64,000 bases of DNA from Azolla caroliniana (taxonomy: Eukaryota; Plantae; Polypodiophyta), in NCBI GenBank assembly GCA_043228905.1, contig JBHGNT010000005.1, positions 12,648,001 to 12,712,000 of the forward strand, read 5' to 3'. The notes beneath the pieces are model-generated. The model worked only from the letters and a program-made list of their open reading frames with translations, made no database searches and was not told the DNA's origin. A program made the position numbers and the translations under genes. This document shows, piece by piece, positions 47,371 through 60,800 of this stretch; within the stretch, counting starts at the first letter, position 1; every line of letters starts with the position of its first letter.

Positions 47371-50300
47371 ATGTCTAGATCAATGCACGACCTGGTTACA
47401 GATCGAACTCGACGCCTTGCCGAAAGGCAAAGGAGACGCGAGGCTTTCCAGCAAGCGGCGCAGGAAATTAGAGCGGATCACTCGTTTTCCAACGTAATCC
47501 GGAGAGTAGCGGAGGACTCCCTCTGGTTACAGCAAACATCGCACCCGGACGACGGCAGTAGCCTAAGCAGCCTCCGGGAAACCGAATCCCTTCTCCACGC
47601 GTTGGCAAATGGAGAAGGCGAAGCAGAGGCTTTTTCAGCATATGAATCGGACTCCGAAGGGGAATACAGCGTGCACACGAACTACCGTAGCAGTAACGAA
47701 ACCCCGGGCGGACCGGAGGACGAAGGATCAGATACCTTACCGACACCGGAACCGGAACCGGAAGTGCTAATGTTGGAACCCCCGGAACCAGCAGAGGAAG
47801 AACAACCCCCGACACCGGAAGTCGAAGAGGAGAGGCCTCCGTCACCAAAGGAAGAGAAACAACCGACACCGGAATCAAATCGGGAAAGACCACCGACACC
47901 GGAGAAAATTCCGGAACGAGCACCAACACTACCAGCCCGCGCACCGATACCGGACGACGACATGCCGTTCCAGTACTCCAAGTATAGAGATGATCCGGAC
48001 GCGGAAGCTCATGTGCACGCCTTTGAACAGACATGGGAAGCCAACCATGTGTCCCAGCGATTGACCCCAGAAGAAGAAGAACGCTCTAAGATAGCGGAAT
48101 TTGGCGTCACATTGGAGGGACCAGCAGCAAGATGGCGCCGGACGCAGGACCCGTCTACCATCAACACCTTTGCAGATTTAAAAGCTAAATTCATGCATTT
48201 TTTTCAAAAGGAGGTGGACCAGACCGTAATGGTAGGCTTATTTTATACCATCCGGCAAGAGGCAGGGGAGAGCATTCCCCAATTTGTCATCCGGTTTCAA
48301 CGGATGCATAGTCAGCTTGCCCGTGCACCCCCGGAGGAGGAATTACGGACGATATTCCTAAACGCGCTCCGGGAACCCCTCCGCATGGTTTGCACGGTAA
48401 TCGATTTCCGCACAAGTACCATCAACCAGGTCATTGACCGGGTGAAAGAGATGGAAAAGACAAGCTCCTGGCTCACACTGGGCGCACTTCAACGGGCGTT
48501 ACCGTCCGATGAAGACCTCCGGTTTCGACAAGCAATACAGTGCACAACCTGCTTGAATTCCGGACACTCGGCTCTAGAATGCACTATGAGGATGCAATGT
48601 GTAATCTGTCAATCCAAGAGCCATACGACGGATAGGTGCGAGTATAATCTGTTGACTCGGCAAGCACCGCCCGTCCGACAAATTGAGCCACGCAGCAGCC
48701 GGGATGAAGAAGACGAACGCAGTCGGCGAATGGACCGTGACCGACCGGCACAGGATGTCCGGTATGGCGAGCGACGGGAAAATGATGTCCGGTACGGTGA
48801 TCGGCGAGAGAACTATGACCGGCATGATCGGTACCAGGATTACAATAGACGATACGAACAGTATGACCGGGAGCACTCCCCCGGGTATCGTCGGCAACGG
48901 GAGGAATACGGCAGATATAACGGGCAACCCCATCAAGAGTTCCGTAATAAGAAAAGCTATAACAAAAAACGGCATTTTAAAAAAGGCGGCTACCCCCGGG
49001 ATCCGGAACAAGGAGCTCCAAGTAGCCAACCGGTACAAAACCCCGCGCGTACCGTAGGACCTGCCCCGGGCACAACAGACAATGCCGAATCTAGCAATAC
49101 CCGGAAGGCCTACTGCTACTACTGCTGACAGGAAGGCCATTATAGTAACCAATGCCCGGTGAAGAGCTATGAAAAACGACCGGCGGTAAATATGGTAGTC
49201 CCTGAGGTGGCAGACTTGCAGCAGGTGACCACAAGGTCAAAGGGCATGGCCAAAGAATGGGAGACATAGGAGACCATCCGGAAACAAGCAACGGAATGGG
49301 TAAAGAAAGCAAACGAGCAGAATGTCACAGACTTACAACAGCAAAAGGAGAACACCGCAAGGCTTGCCGACGGCAGTCACTCCGAGAACGAGACATGGTA
49401 GGCGTTGCAAGAATGCCAGATTACGTTACCACTAGGAAGACTCCTACAACTCGTGCCAAGATTCACGGAAGGACTGAAGACGGCCATGACGGCAGGGGAA
49501 CCATCACCGGCACCGATACTCTTCTCGAATCCGGAGGAGGGACCAACGGTGGTAGACACCAACAGTCCGGTAATCACTGCCATTGTAAAAGGGAAAGAAC
49601 TTCCCGACACAGTCATAGACGGAGGCTCTGGGGTAAATGTAATAAGCCTCCGGACGTGTGATGACCTAGGAATCCACGAGTGGGAGCCGTGTCCGTTCTG
49701 GTTGCGGATGGCCGATACAAGCTCAGTATGGCTGACAGGATTAATACGGAAATTAGAAGTCACCGTCGGCGAGCATACATTTCACATCTCGGCCGTAGTG
49801 CTACAATTACAGGCACAAGGCGCATACCCGCTATTGCTGGGGCGGCCATGGTTGAAAACGGCACATATCAAACAGAATTGGAGAAAAAATATAATTACCT
49901 TCCGGCGAGGAAAAGCCAAGGTACGGGTACTAACACAGCCAAGGACGAGCACTGGCAAGGAATGTACACCGTTGTATGCGGAATGCGTCAACATGCTAGA
50001 AGGGTTAGCGGACGAAGAAGAAGCTCAATACTTGCAGGAAAACCCGAAGATCATACCCCTCTTCGAAATTGACATTGCCGAAGCCGTAGCACCATACTTA
50101 CCGCAACTGGAAGAGGCGGAAGCAGAACCGGATAAAGACGCAATCCGGGAGTTACGGCAAGCGCAGGAAGCGTTGGAACGGGAAATGGCCGTTTCACAGC
50201 GCGTAAAAGCATCGCAACTGGAAGAGGTGAATTTAGGCACCACGGACGAAGCAAAACCAGTGCACATCGCCAGGGAGATGAAGTCCGAAGACAAAACGGC

Positions 50301-53184
50301 GATGATAACACTTCTCACGGAATTCCGGGATGTGTTCGCCTGGTCATACGAAGATATGCGAGGACTCGACCCTCAGTTATACCAGCATCAAGTACACTTG
50401 AGCAAGGACGCACAACCAGTGGCACAAAGACGGTACCGGATGAATCCCAATTATGCTGCCAAGGTCAAGGAAGAAATTGACAAACTGCTAAGAGTTGGCT
50501 TTATCCGTCCGGTAAAGAAAGTGACATGGCTGAGCCCGATCGTAGTCGTACTGAAGAAGAACGGAAAAAATCGAGTTTGCGTGGACTACCGGAAACTCAA
50601 TGCGGCTACGGTAACGTATGCGTTTCCACTTCCGTTCACAGATGGAGTGTTGGATGCCGTCACCGGCCATGAGGTCTATAGCTTTCTAGACGGATTCAGC
50701 GGGTATAATCAGATCCGGATGCACCCCGACGACCAGGAGAAAACGACATTCGTCACCGAATGGGGGGTGTTTGTGGCCGTGGTGATGATGTTCGGACTCA
50801 AAACGGCACCGGCAATGTTTCAAAGAATCATCATGGAAATCTTTGGTGAATATATACCGGCTTTTATGCAGGTTTTCCTTGACGATTTTGCCATCTATAG
50901 CCGGGAGGAGGACCATTTTCAGCACCTCCGTCTTTGTCTAGAAAAGTGTAGAGCGTACCGGCTAAGCTTGAATCCGGCAAAGTGTGTATTTGGCGTGTCC
51001 AGTGGAACTTTATTAGGACATATCGTGAGCCAGGAAGGTATTGCAGTCGACCCGGACAAAGTGAAAGCCATATTAGAAGCACCGGCGCCGGCAACGGCAA
51101 AGGCATTAAGCCAGTTCTTAGGCCAGATCCGGTAACACGATCCGGTGGCACAGCCGGATGCTCCGATACTTGGCCGACCTGGCTACACCGTTGCATGCCG
51201 CCGTACATCGGACACCATTCCAGTGGACCGATACTGAGGATAGGGCGTATAAGGCCCTCAAGGTACTATTGTCGCAGGCACCGGTAGTACAACCTCCAGA
51301 TTGGAGTAAAGAATTTCACGTGTTCGTGGACGCCTCAGACATCGCAATCGGAAGCGTACTGATGCAGCTTACGGAACCAAAGTGGTACCGGCCAGTGTAC
51401 TATGCTAGCCGGAAGCTATCCCAAGCAGAACGGAACTACTCTACTACGGAACGGGAAGCTCTAGGAATGATCTACAGTGTGACAAAGTTTCGGCACGATT
51501 TATTGGGAAGGAAGTTTTCCTTCCATGTAGATCATTCGGCACTCCTTTACCTGGTGTCCAAGGCGTCACTCACCGGCAAATTGGCCCGGTGGACCTTATT
51601 GTTACAGGAGTTCGAGTTTGAAATATTCCACCGACCCGGTATACAGCATGCCGTAGCGGATTACTTAAGCTGATTGGAGTCCGGAGAGACGGGTGATGGA
51701 GTACCGGATGAGTTTCCGGATGCGGAGCTGTTTCGAGTCACTACGGAGACGGCAGCAGATGAGACCGTGGCCTAGGAAGACAAGTGGCTCACAAATATGC
51801 ACCAGTTTCGGAGCACAGGACTGCGTCCGGAAGAGCTGAACCGGGACGAACGGAAACGCCTGGCGGTACAAAGCCGACATTTCTGCTTACTGCAAGACAC
51901 ACTGTACCACAAGGGCGCTGACGGCATATGGAGACAGGCGGTGCGCAGCGATGAAAAGGAACTGATACTGAGGGAAGCCCACTGCGGAGTTGCCGGAGGT
52001 CACTATGCTGGAGATGCGACGGCCAGAAAAATATGGCAAAGTGGCCTATGGTGGCCAACGACATTAAGAGATGCGGCACGGTACGCAAAAGAATGTGACC
52101 TATGCCAGAGAATGGGCCAGCCAACGGAGCAGGCTCGTATGCCACACCAGCCGGTACTACCACTCGAGCCATTCCAAAAGTGGGGGCTGGACTTTGTAGG
52201 ACCGTTCAAGCCACCGGCAATGAGAACGGGTAATCAGTACGTTATCGTTGCTACGGATTATTGCACGAAATGGGTGGAGGCCAAAGCTTTACGGGATAAC
52301 ACCGCTGCGTCAACGACAAAGTTTCTATATCAGTACATCTGGTGCCGTTACGGATGCCCCATTGAATTGATAAGTGACCAAGGGGGGCACTTTCTTGGAC
52401 AAGTAGTGGAAAGCCTAACGACCTTCTATGCCGTGGTCCACAAACGAAGCACACCTTACTATCCACAGGCGAACGGATTAGCGGAATCAACAAACAAGAC
52501 GCTCCAGAACATCCTTCGGAAGATCGTCAACGAGAACCGGACGGATTGGGACACAAAGCTACATAGCGCGCTTTGGGCATACCGGACAACATACAAAACG
52601 AGCATCCGAACAACACCGTTTCGGTTGGCATTCGGACTCGAGGCGGTCATGCCGGTAGAATTTCAAGTACCTAGCTTATGGATCCAGCTACGAGAATGGC
52701 TGAACGAGAAGGAGTCGGAGACAATAAGGTTGACAACGCTGTGTGAGCTGGAGGAACAACGGTTGGCCAACATCCTACATTTAGAATTGGAGCAACGGCG
52801 ACGGAAAGCATTCGTCGACCGACACAGGAAAGGTAACGAAAAAATGTTCGCAATCGGCAAACCAGTGTTAGTATTCCAAACCCGGATGGGCAAGATCCGG
52901 GTAAACTAAGGTTTAGATGGACCAGACCATATTGGCTAACACGGGAGTATAATGGGTCCTACCAGTTGGGCACACTTGCCGGCGAAGTGCTGGGCAAATG
53001 GGTCAACGGATTCCGGTTAAAGGCATATAGAGGACCGATGCCTAAGAACCCGTTTGAGCAAAGGACCGACGGCAACCACCAAGACGGCAGAGACGGCAAG
53101 CCGGGAACCGGAGAGAATGAGGTCGGTAAGGGTCCGGGAGGACCAACGGACATGTCACGTCACACTAATAATAATAATAACTGA
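47371..53184 (+). pseudogene. Gag-pol of element C (several stops and frameshifts)
   Basis: ORFs 47371-49128, 49405-51135, 51158-51673, 51797-52909 and 52966-53184 align with gag-pol of B. Confidence 0.93.
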
Positions 53185-53310
53185 AAAAAAAAAAAAAAAA
53201 CAATCATGCAAAAGCAAGGAATGAATGGATGAAAGAGCGTGGAGCGAAAAGGTACGTAGTGGGCATTTAAAGCACCACCACAGGACATAATGCTATTTTA
53301 AGTACGCGAC

Positions 53311-56281
53311 ATGCACAAACTCGAAAAAGGCGCCAGAATGCACAGACAAAAACCATTGCGCGTAGAGACCCTCTACTTTCGCGAACCCAGGAGCACAGAA
53401 GCACTGAAACGCTGCAAGATCATCAGACGAGAACCTGCGCACAGAGAACCCCCGCCTTCTGAACTCTCTCTTTCTCAACCCCGCTCTCATCACCATCCAT
53501 CCTCGTCACCGCAATCCGACCCCGACACAGAGATGGACCCGCAAACGCTGTCGGAAGCCGCCAAGACATGGTTGAAGCAACACGGGCTCGAGGGCTTCTT
53601 GATGATGATGGAAGTACCGCCACACAAAGAAGCCGACAAAGTGATCAAGGAAATCGATACAGAGGTCATAACGGCAGAGGCGATTCGAGCGTTAACAGGC
53701 GTTCCGGAGGGAGGCATACTCACGATCGACAATCCAACCCCGTAGCAACTCATCAGGTATTTTGGTGAGTACTCTCTAGCCAGCAAGGGCTACGGGACAC
53801 AGGGCGGCGGAGATATGCTATTCCGCGAAATTGCTCGTGTGCTCCATGAATACGGCCACGTGTACCCTAGACCCCCTGTCATGCCGCAGAACCGGGCAGG
53901 GATGATCATCGCCACCTATGAAGGGATCAAGGTGGATTGGCCGGTATTGATTGCAGACGGGGTTGTGTGCGGCGATCGAGATCGTCAGAGGCAAAGACGG
54001 CAAAGAAGGCCGAGACGGACGAAGGATATGGCACGCCGTAACGCAGTGGCTCACCTTGCTGGTGCCACCCATTCAGACCGTCCAGCCCAAGAAGCGAGGA
54101 AGAGTGCCGGACGGCACCCCAAGGAAGGCTTCCAAACGGCAACAGCTGTTGGCCTCTAAGGCCAGTAAGGGAAAGGCGGTGGATGCAGAACAGGCGGCAG
54201 GAGGAAGCGGAAGCCGGAAGCGCCCAACGGAGGCGCAGGAGGAACCACCGGCACGGCCCGTAAAGGTCACACTCCGCCGTCGGTGAATCGAGAAGTGGAC
54301 CCCTTGGCAGCAAAACTCAATGCCGGAGCTCAGGAGGAGGAAATAGAGGAGGAGCCTATGGAGCACCTCCAGCGACGGTCGTCGGCAAGGACCGTTGAGA
54401 CAGCCGGGAAACGTTCAGACCCTCAGACGGAGGGAACACCGGCTCCCCAGACTGAGACTCCCACGCCAAGGAAGGAACCGGAACCGGTGCAGATGGCACC
54501 AGAAACAGAAGCCCCGGCACCACCGGCAACACCGACAAGTCCCATCTCGCCAGAGCCGGAAAGGTCACTGCAGCCTCCCTCGGTCAGCCAAGAAGAAGCG
54601 CAAGGGGAACCAGGACAGCAGGATGGTCCACGGGCAGAAAAGGAACTGCAACTCGGCGCAACCAGGCGGGACCACCCCTCTACAAGTGAGCCCATCTATC
54701 AAACCTCCGTGCAAGCACAACAAGGCACCGGTAGCCTGTGGCTCCGGTGGATAAGCGAACAGATAGCCGGAGCAGTGGGGTATATAGAGGCGGAAGAAAG
54801 AGCGCAAAGCGAACGATTGCTCGTCACAACCGAACAACTAGAGACGGCCCGGTCCAGAATCCGGTGCCTTGAAAAAGATTTGGATCAGGTCACGACAGAG
54901 ATGGCCAAAATACGGATCCAATCACCAGTGACTCCGGTAAGTGTACAGAATAATGAAACGGAACGACCTGTACATAGCAATAAGACCCCGGCAACGGAAA
55001 CCGTTCCGGCGAGAGATGCGGCGCAAGCTTGGGAGCTTGCGGAATTGAGAGAGGAACTTGCCGCACAAGAAGCGCTAAGGAGCCGTGAACGAGAATTGAA
55101 GACGGCGGCCGAAGCCGAATTAAAGAAGACTGCTGAGAACCTCCGCCGGGCAGAGGAGAGCCTCCGGAAAGGCCATCAAGCGTACGACCGGCTAAAGGAG
55201 GAGAAAGACAAAGTGCTGCAGGAAAAGGACAAGCTGCGGAAAACGGCGGAAATAGAGATTGAATGGCTAAAGGAAGAGCTCCGCCAGCAGAAGGACCGCG
55301 AGGACCCGGCCCGTCGTCAGATCAACGCACGGCTCAAGCAAAAGACGGATGATTTTGAGCACCTGCACCGGGACTACAAACGGTTGGAAACGGAGCATAA
55401 AGAACGGATGGCCGAGCTCCAGCAGGCAGTTGATCGGGCCGCGACGGCGATCGCCGACGAACGGGCGGAAAATACAAGACGCTTGGAAGAGGCAGAGAAG
55501 GTCCGGATGGAGTTCCAGAAGTAGCAGCAGGAAGACAAAGAGAGAGCGTCAACAGTATTGCAGAAATTACAAAGTACATATCAAAGGCAATTGACGCATT
55601 ACAAGGCGCAGGCGGAGGACAACGTAAAAATCATCAAACAACTGAAGGAGGAACGACAAGCGGCGGAAACCAAATCGCAATTGGGAACGAGCCGGATTCA
55701 GTCCATCCTCCGAGCGTGGTTGAATCAGATGAAACACTTGATTGATGAAAGCTCCGTAAAATGGTGGACAAAAGGGCGGGCGGGCGGATGTGGCAAACCG
55801 GCGGAGGGAAGGAGATGACTGTTATACGTTGACTTCCGAGGACTTCACCGCCATACGGGACGAGCTGGCCGACGACTTCCAAGTCCTGGCAGATGAACAG
55901 CTGGTGCAGGTCAGGCAGCTCGTAGCTTAGCTGGACGATGATAGGCTGGACGCTCAAATCCAGTTTGAAAGCTACGAGCGGTCCTGGGTGCGGGAAGAAA
56001 AAGCACGGGAAGCGACAACGGTTAACCTTAGTGATGAGGAACCGTCGCCGGCTGAGGACCAGCCGGGAACCAGTCAACCGGAGACCACCACGACGCAGGG
56101 AGCAACGACGGAGACGCCGGTGTCAGAGCCACAACCGGAGGAGCAGCCGCAGCAACCACCAACGGACCCGCCGTAGCAGACAGCAACAGAGCAGCAACAA
56201 CAACAACAACAACAATCACTTCCAGATGAACCATTGGAGCCTCTCGAACAGAGCATTCTGGACATTTTGGACGAAGAATAG
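53311..56281 (+). pseudogene. ORF3 of element C (disrupted)
   Basis: ORFs 53311-53745, 53815-54286, 54283-55524 and later pieces align with ORF3 of B. Confidence 0.88.
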
Positions 56282-56316
56282 CAAGGGTCGGTTGTGGATT
56301 CGACGTACAAGGTACT

Positions 56317-56333
56317 ATCCCACGGGCATGCCA
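56317..56333 (-). promoter_or_regulatory. Opposite-strand PBS-like motif at the PPT position of element C
   Basis: Element sense ATCCCACGGGCATGCCA, then TG, then the 3' LTR; same 2-nt spacing as in B and D. Confidence 0.72.
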
Positions 56334-57116
56334 TGTGTTACCGGCCGGCAAAGGAGTCCAGAGTGGGAAACGGAGAGCTAATTAAGTAGTAGGAATGTGG
56401 TTGTAATTAAGCTATGAGTGTGGACGTACGGACCGGAAACGGTATGCCGTTCCGGATCCGGACCGATCCCGAACAGGTGTGGAGGGCACCGTTTTGTAAT
56501 ACAGACCGGAAACCTATTTAAAGGCCTGGATACAATGTAATAGTTAGCGGTTAATTAATGAAAGCTTAAGCGTTGTTATATCTCTGTGTTAATTGCCGTT
56601 CTGTCTTAATTGTTATATCTTACGCGTGTTATGAAGACGATCCTAATAAGTAACTTGATTAAGTCGGATTAAGCGTTGAAGTCTAATCCGGTTGCCGTAA
56701 CACCCTTTGGTGAAGTGTCTCCCGTAGACACCCTGTGTTAGGCCATTGTCCGGCCCGAAGAGTTAACATAGCTAGAAAGTTGTATAAGTATAAATACAAC
56801 TAGGGCAAACTTTATGAAGTAGTGTGATAATCATTTTGTAGTTGAGATAGTTATACAGTTACTCTCGAGGTCATTGCCTCTATAACTCAATGTCGCCGGC
56901 TCCAGTTGAATAGTTCGAAAACCATTCGATATCGAAGGTTATGTGAAAAGTGGTGCTAGAGTTTAGCAACCACGTTCGCACATCTTGTGCGATGTAGAGG
57001 ACTTCACTGGTTGAGGAGTCTTCCAAGGAGAGAACTTCTACGGACAAGGATTCGGCATCATTGACTTGGTTTTCAGTAGGAGAACGATTCGAATTGGATT
57101 GTCCTTATGTCCAATA

Positions 57117-57805
57117 AAATCGCCGACCGTTCTCCTTTCTTTTTATTGACCAACAATCGGAAACATTATTACGGTCAGTCTTTCTGCAATGGGTGCAAAA
57201 AGCACTTGATCGACTATTCCTTGACTTCGACCGTTTGGATTATCCCTCCTTGGTCGGTTAGGACTTCGGTTGGCTCTCTCGATTGAGTTGGTCGAATGAT
57301 GGGCTTCTACCGAATCGTCGATGGTGAGGCCCATAGATTTTCGCTGAATGTCCTCCATGAGGACTTGTCCAATCGTTTCGTCCAGATTCAATTTTGGACA
57401 ACTGTTGCCAAATGTCGGGCAGAATACCTCCCAACTCACCAGCAAGCTCGAAAGAGCGGCAAGGGTTTTAATGTGCGGAATAGTGCTCGGCCACAACTGA
57501 GACTCAAACACTTTCTTAGAGAAGAAAGTAGAAATGGAGGCTCGTACACTTACAGAGAAGAGATGACACAAGATGTTTACGTGGAAAACCCTAATAGGGA
57601 AAACCACGACAACCCACAAACTCCAACTATCACTATATGAGAAAGGAGGTACACCAGGAAACTTAGAGGCAACAACCTCGAGCTATGTATCTTCGCCAAC
57701 CGGCGACTTCTCTTCTCTCTCTCTCTTTGTACAACTATGATAGAACTAGCAACAACAAAAACCACCACTACAACCACACTAAAGTGATTGCCCCGACTTC
57801 CCACA
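57117..57805 (-). mobile_element. Copia gag fragment plus partial LTR
   Basis: SWEVFC.TFGNSCPKLNLDE...RKSMG and a decayed CTHC knuckle; LTR-like TTTACGTGGAAAACC...AAAACCACG motif at about 57576-57608. Confidence 0.65.
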
Positions 57806-60800
57806 TGTTATGTACACATAACGTTGGTGAGGGTAAGTCACCAATATTTACATTAGTGAAGGGTATGTTCACTAATGTTAAAAAGGGGACTACATATTGG
57901 ATAGAAGGAATGATAAGTGCATGCACTATCATGATTTGGACAACCAATGAATGGAGAGCCTTTTAGAAAGGCACATCTATTCAAGGGGCCTAGGAAAAGG
58001 TATAAATATGAGGCTTAGCTACCCTCCTAATCACATTACGTCGGAAGGTTGCGGTGTTAGACACCTGTGGTGCGGGCTAGGCTTTCGTCTCGACGATCGT
58101 GTTTATCTCTTCCAAGGTATTAGTCATCCTAATATCCGGCGGTATGGGACGTCGGTGGTAGGTTGGCTATGTCTAGATCATAGCTTGGGGGTGGTCAGGT
58201 GGAATGGGTTCATCTATCCAATCTATTTTCCTTCTTTTACTTTACTTTGGTCTATTGATTAGTAATAGACTTTTAACAGTGGTATCAGAGCTTTTACTAA
58301 CAATTTTTTTTTTGTTTTTTGCGTGTGAGTTATGGGGATCTAACAAGGCTCGTCATGCTCTTCACAGGATCAAAACGACATTCTTAACCCGGTATTCTTC
58401 TTTCTCGATCTCTCCTTTCTTTTCTATGATGCTTTCTTCTTGGTCATATGGAAGTGGTATTACGTTTTCTTTTCTTTTCTTTCTTCTTTCTACCATCATA
58501 CGATGTTAATCTACTTATGCATCGAGTCGAGCTTATTTGCACTAATCGCACACGCTCAACTCATGGCCCTTTTGCATATTGCGGTGTATATCCCACTCTC
58601 CCTTCTCTTGAGCCTTCTCTTACGATATTAATTATTGTTGTGCATTGGGTCGAACGTGTTTGCCCTAACCGCACACGCTCACCTCATGGCCCTTTTGCAT
58701 ACGATGTTGAGTAGGCCACTCTTCCCTCAGTTGAGCCATCACTTGGCCGGGTCTATGGGATGTTGTGGCCATGACGAGGTATATGTCGCTTACCTACGCC
58801 ACTTTACTCTTTATTGAGCCATCAATTGGCCGATTCTAGGTAGATGTGGTCTTGAGGAGGTGCATGTTGACTACCTTAGGGTTTCATACCTTAAGGCATG
58901 CTTAAAATGATTCATACACCTAATTGATTATTATTCTAATTAATTTCTAATTACACAAATTTTCGTTTCACTTTTGTATGATTTTCTAGTAATTGTCATT
59001 TACCCACCCACAATTAACTCTCTTTCTTGCCCTTATTTTAAGTTCATCTACACTATTTACGCACGTTTAATGGTGTAACGATTCATGTAGACTATTTTTT
59101 AATATTGAGTGGGCATCATGCCGTTTTTTGAACGATTTTTTCCAACGACTCATCTTGGTTTAACTCATATTATTGAGCCTTAGCACACAAGTGGAAATCA
59201 TATGAGTTCCCCTATTGATGTTTTACTCATAAATTTGAGTACTACATCTTTGCGCACAATACCACCACCATTTGTATCAATTTGTGGCTTATGTCACTAT
59301 TGTGCTAATTACAACCACCATATTTGGATGTATATGTGCATACCTCGCACCATCCATTTATTTGCGACATTTTTTTTAAGTAGGTAACACATGGGTTTTT
59401 TTACCCTTGTTTTCATCACTACATTCTTATGGGTAGTGCCTTATTTTATTGTTTTTGTCATAACATTTGCTTGTTACTTGCAAGACTAGAATATTACTTG
59501 CGAGTGCACTTGTTTTTTCACGTAATACACTTTCTCGACCATATCAATACATGTTGGGTTGACATTCTAATATAAGGCTAACTAGGAAACTACGTTGATG
59601 TTAGAACCATGGTTGAGCCTCGGGGAGCCGCCATGATTATTCAAGATAGAGATCCGAGAAAGACATCTTAGCTATGTTTTCCCCCATGGTTTTTAAAACA
59701 CCATAGTGTTACCATAGTTATCGGATCTCAAATCACATCTCATATGTCTAGAGGGGTAGAGACGTGAGATGCTTTCTTGGTAAAGTTCTTACAATCAAAA
59801 TTTCAAGCATTCATTTTGCTTGTGTATTTTCTAAACCTCCTTATTTATATTGCATACCCACAACTTGCATCATGGAACAAGTTTTGAACGTTGTTGGAGC
59901 AATCTCTCCAACCGAGACCTCTCAACTCCAATCCGCATCTCGCACACAAGCTGAGATCACTATTGAGCAATTGCTCACTACTACCTTGAATCAATTGGCC
60001 GAAATGAGGCAAGCCAATATGGCATTGGAAAAGAAATTCCAAGAATTGACTATTGAGTTCAAGAACGAAGGTGAGCCTTCTTTGGTAGTAACACCATTCA
60101 AGGGAGATAAGAAAGAAAGAACTGAGGAGGCCATTAGCACTTGGCTTGGTCGTTGGGAGTCTCACTTTGAGCTCCACCCCAAGCCCGAAGCTGTAAAAAT
60201 TGGTTACGTCGGTCACGAGTTAGGTGGCCGAGCTGCTACTTGGTGGCGTGGCCTAAGGACTGCAAAGAACTTACCCACAACTTGGGAAGGTTTCGTGGAT
60301 GTTTTTAAGAAATAGTTTTTGCAGCCACCTTCTCAAACTGAACAAGCGCCACACTTGCTCACGTTGTCGAGTAAGCCATTTACCTCTCTCGAGGATTATG
60401 TGCATCATGCTCGAACCCAGATCCAAAAATCGGGACTTACGGGTGAGAAATAGTTTGTTGCTTGCTTTTTGAATGGTATTCCTAATGGGGATTACCATTG
60501 GATTGTCCATGACAAGAACCCCACAACTTTTGAGGAAGCCGTCAACATTGCACTTCGGTACCATAGGACTTCCAAGAAAGACCACAATAAACCCGAGTTT
60601 GCCAAAACTCCGAATGTCAAGTTCATTGGGAAATGTAAGCAATCCAATGACACTCTTGACCGCGACTCCAAGAAACCTAACCTCTTTTGTGCATATTGCA
60701 AGAAACGAGGCCACACAAAGGATACCTGTCGTCGTCTTGAGAGGAAGTCAATGAACACCCCTCCTCAAGACAAATCTACGAGTCACACAGGTGAGTCTTT

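Larger units (their letters stand above)
46885..56768 (+). mobile_element. Full-length Athila-like gypsy element C (sibling subfamily of B; decaying)
   Basis: 433-bp LTRs 46885-47317 and 56336-56768 (about 6 mismatches); TSD TAGCC/TAGCT; PBS TGGCGACCAC 47325-47334; gag-pol and ORF3 collinear with B. Confidence 0.96.
46022..57116 (+). mobile_element. Internally deleted copia element H; its 3' LTR is split by element C
   Basis: LTR start TGTTGGGAAATAGGTCCC at 46022 and 46697; RNase H fragment 46330-46686 (STTETEY, TKHI); PPT GAAGGGGGAG; LTR remainder 56774-~57116. No matching TSD. Confidence 0.75.

Noticed and set aside
46022-57116. Copia H as an intact TSD-bounded insertion
   Set aside because: The flanks (CCTTG vs AAATC) do not match and the 5' LTR is deleted; reported only as a remnant.
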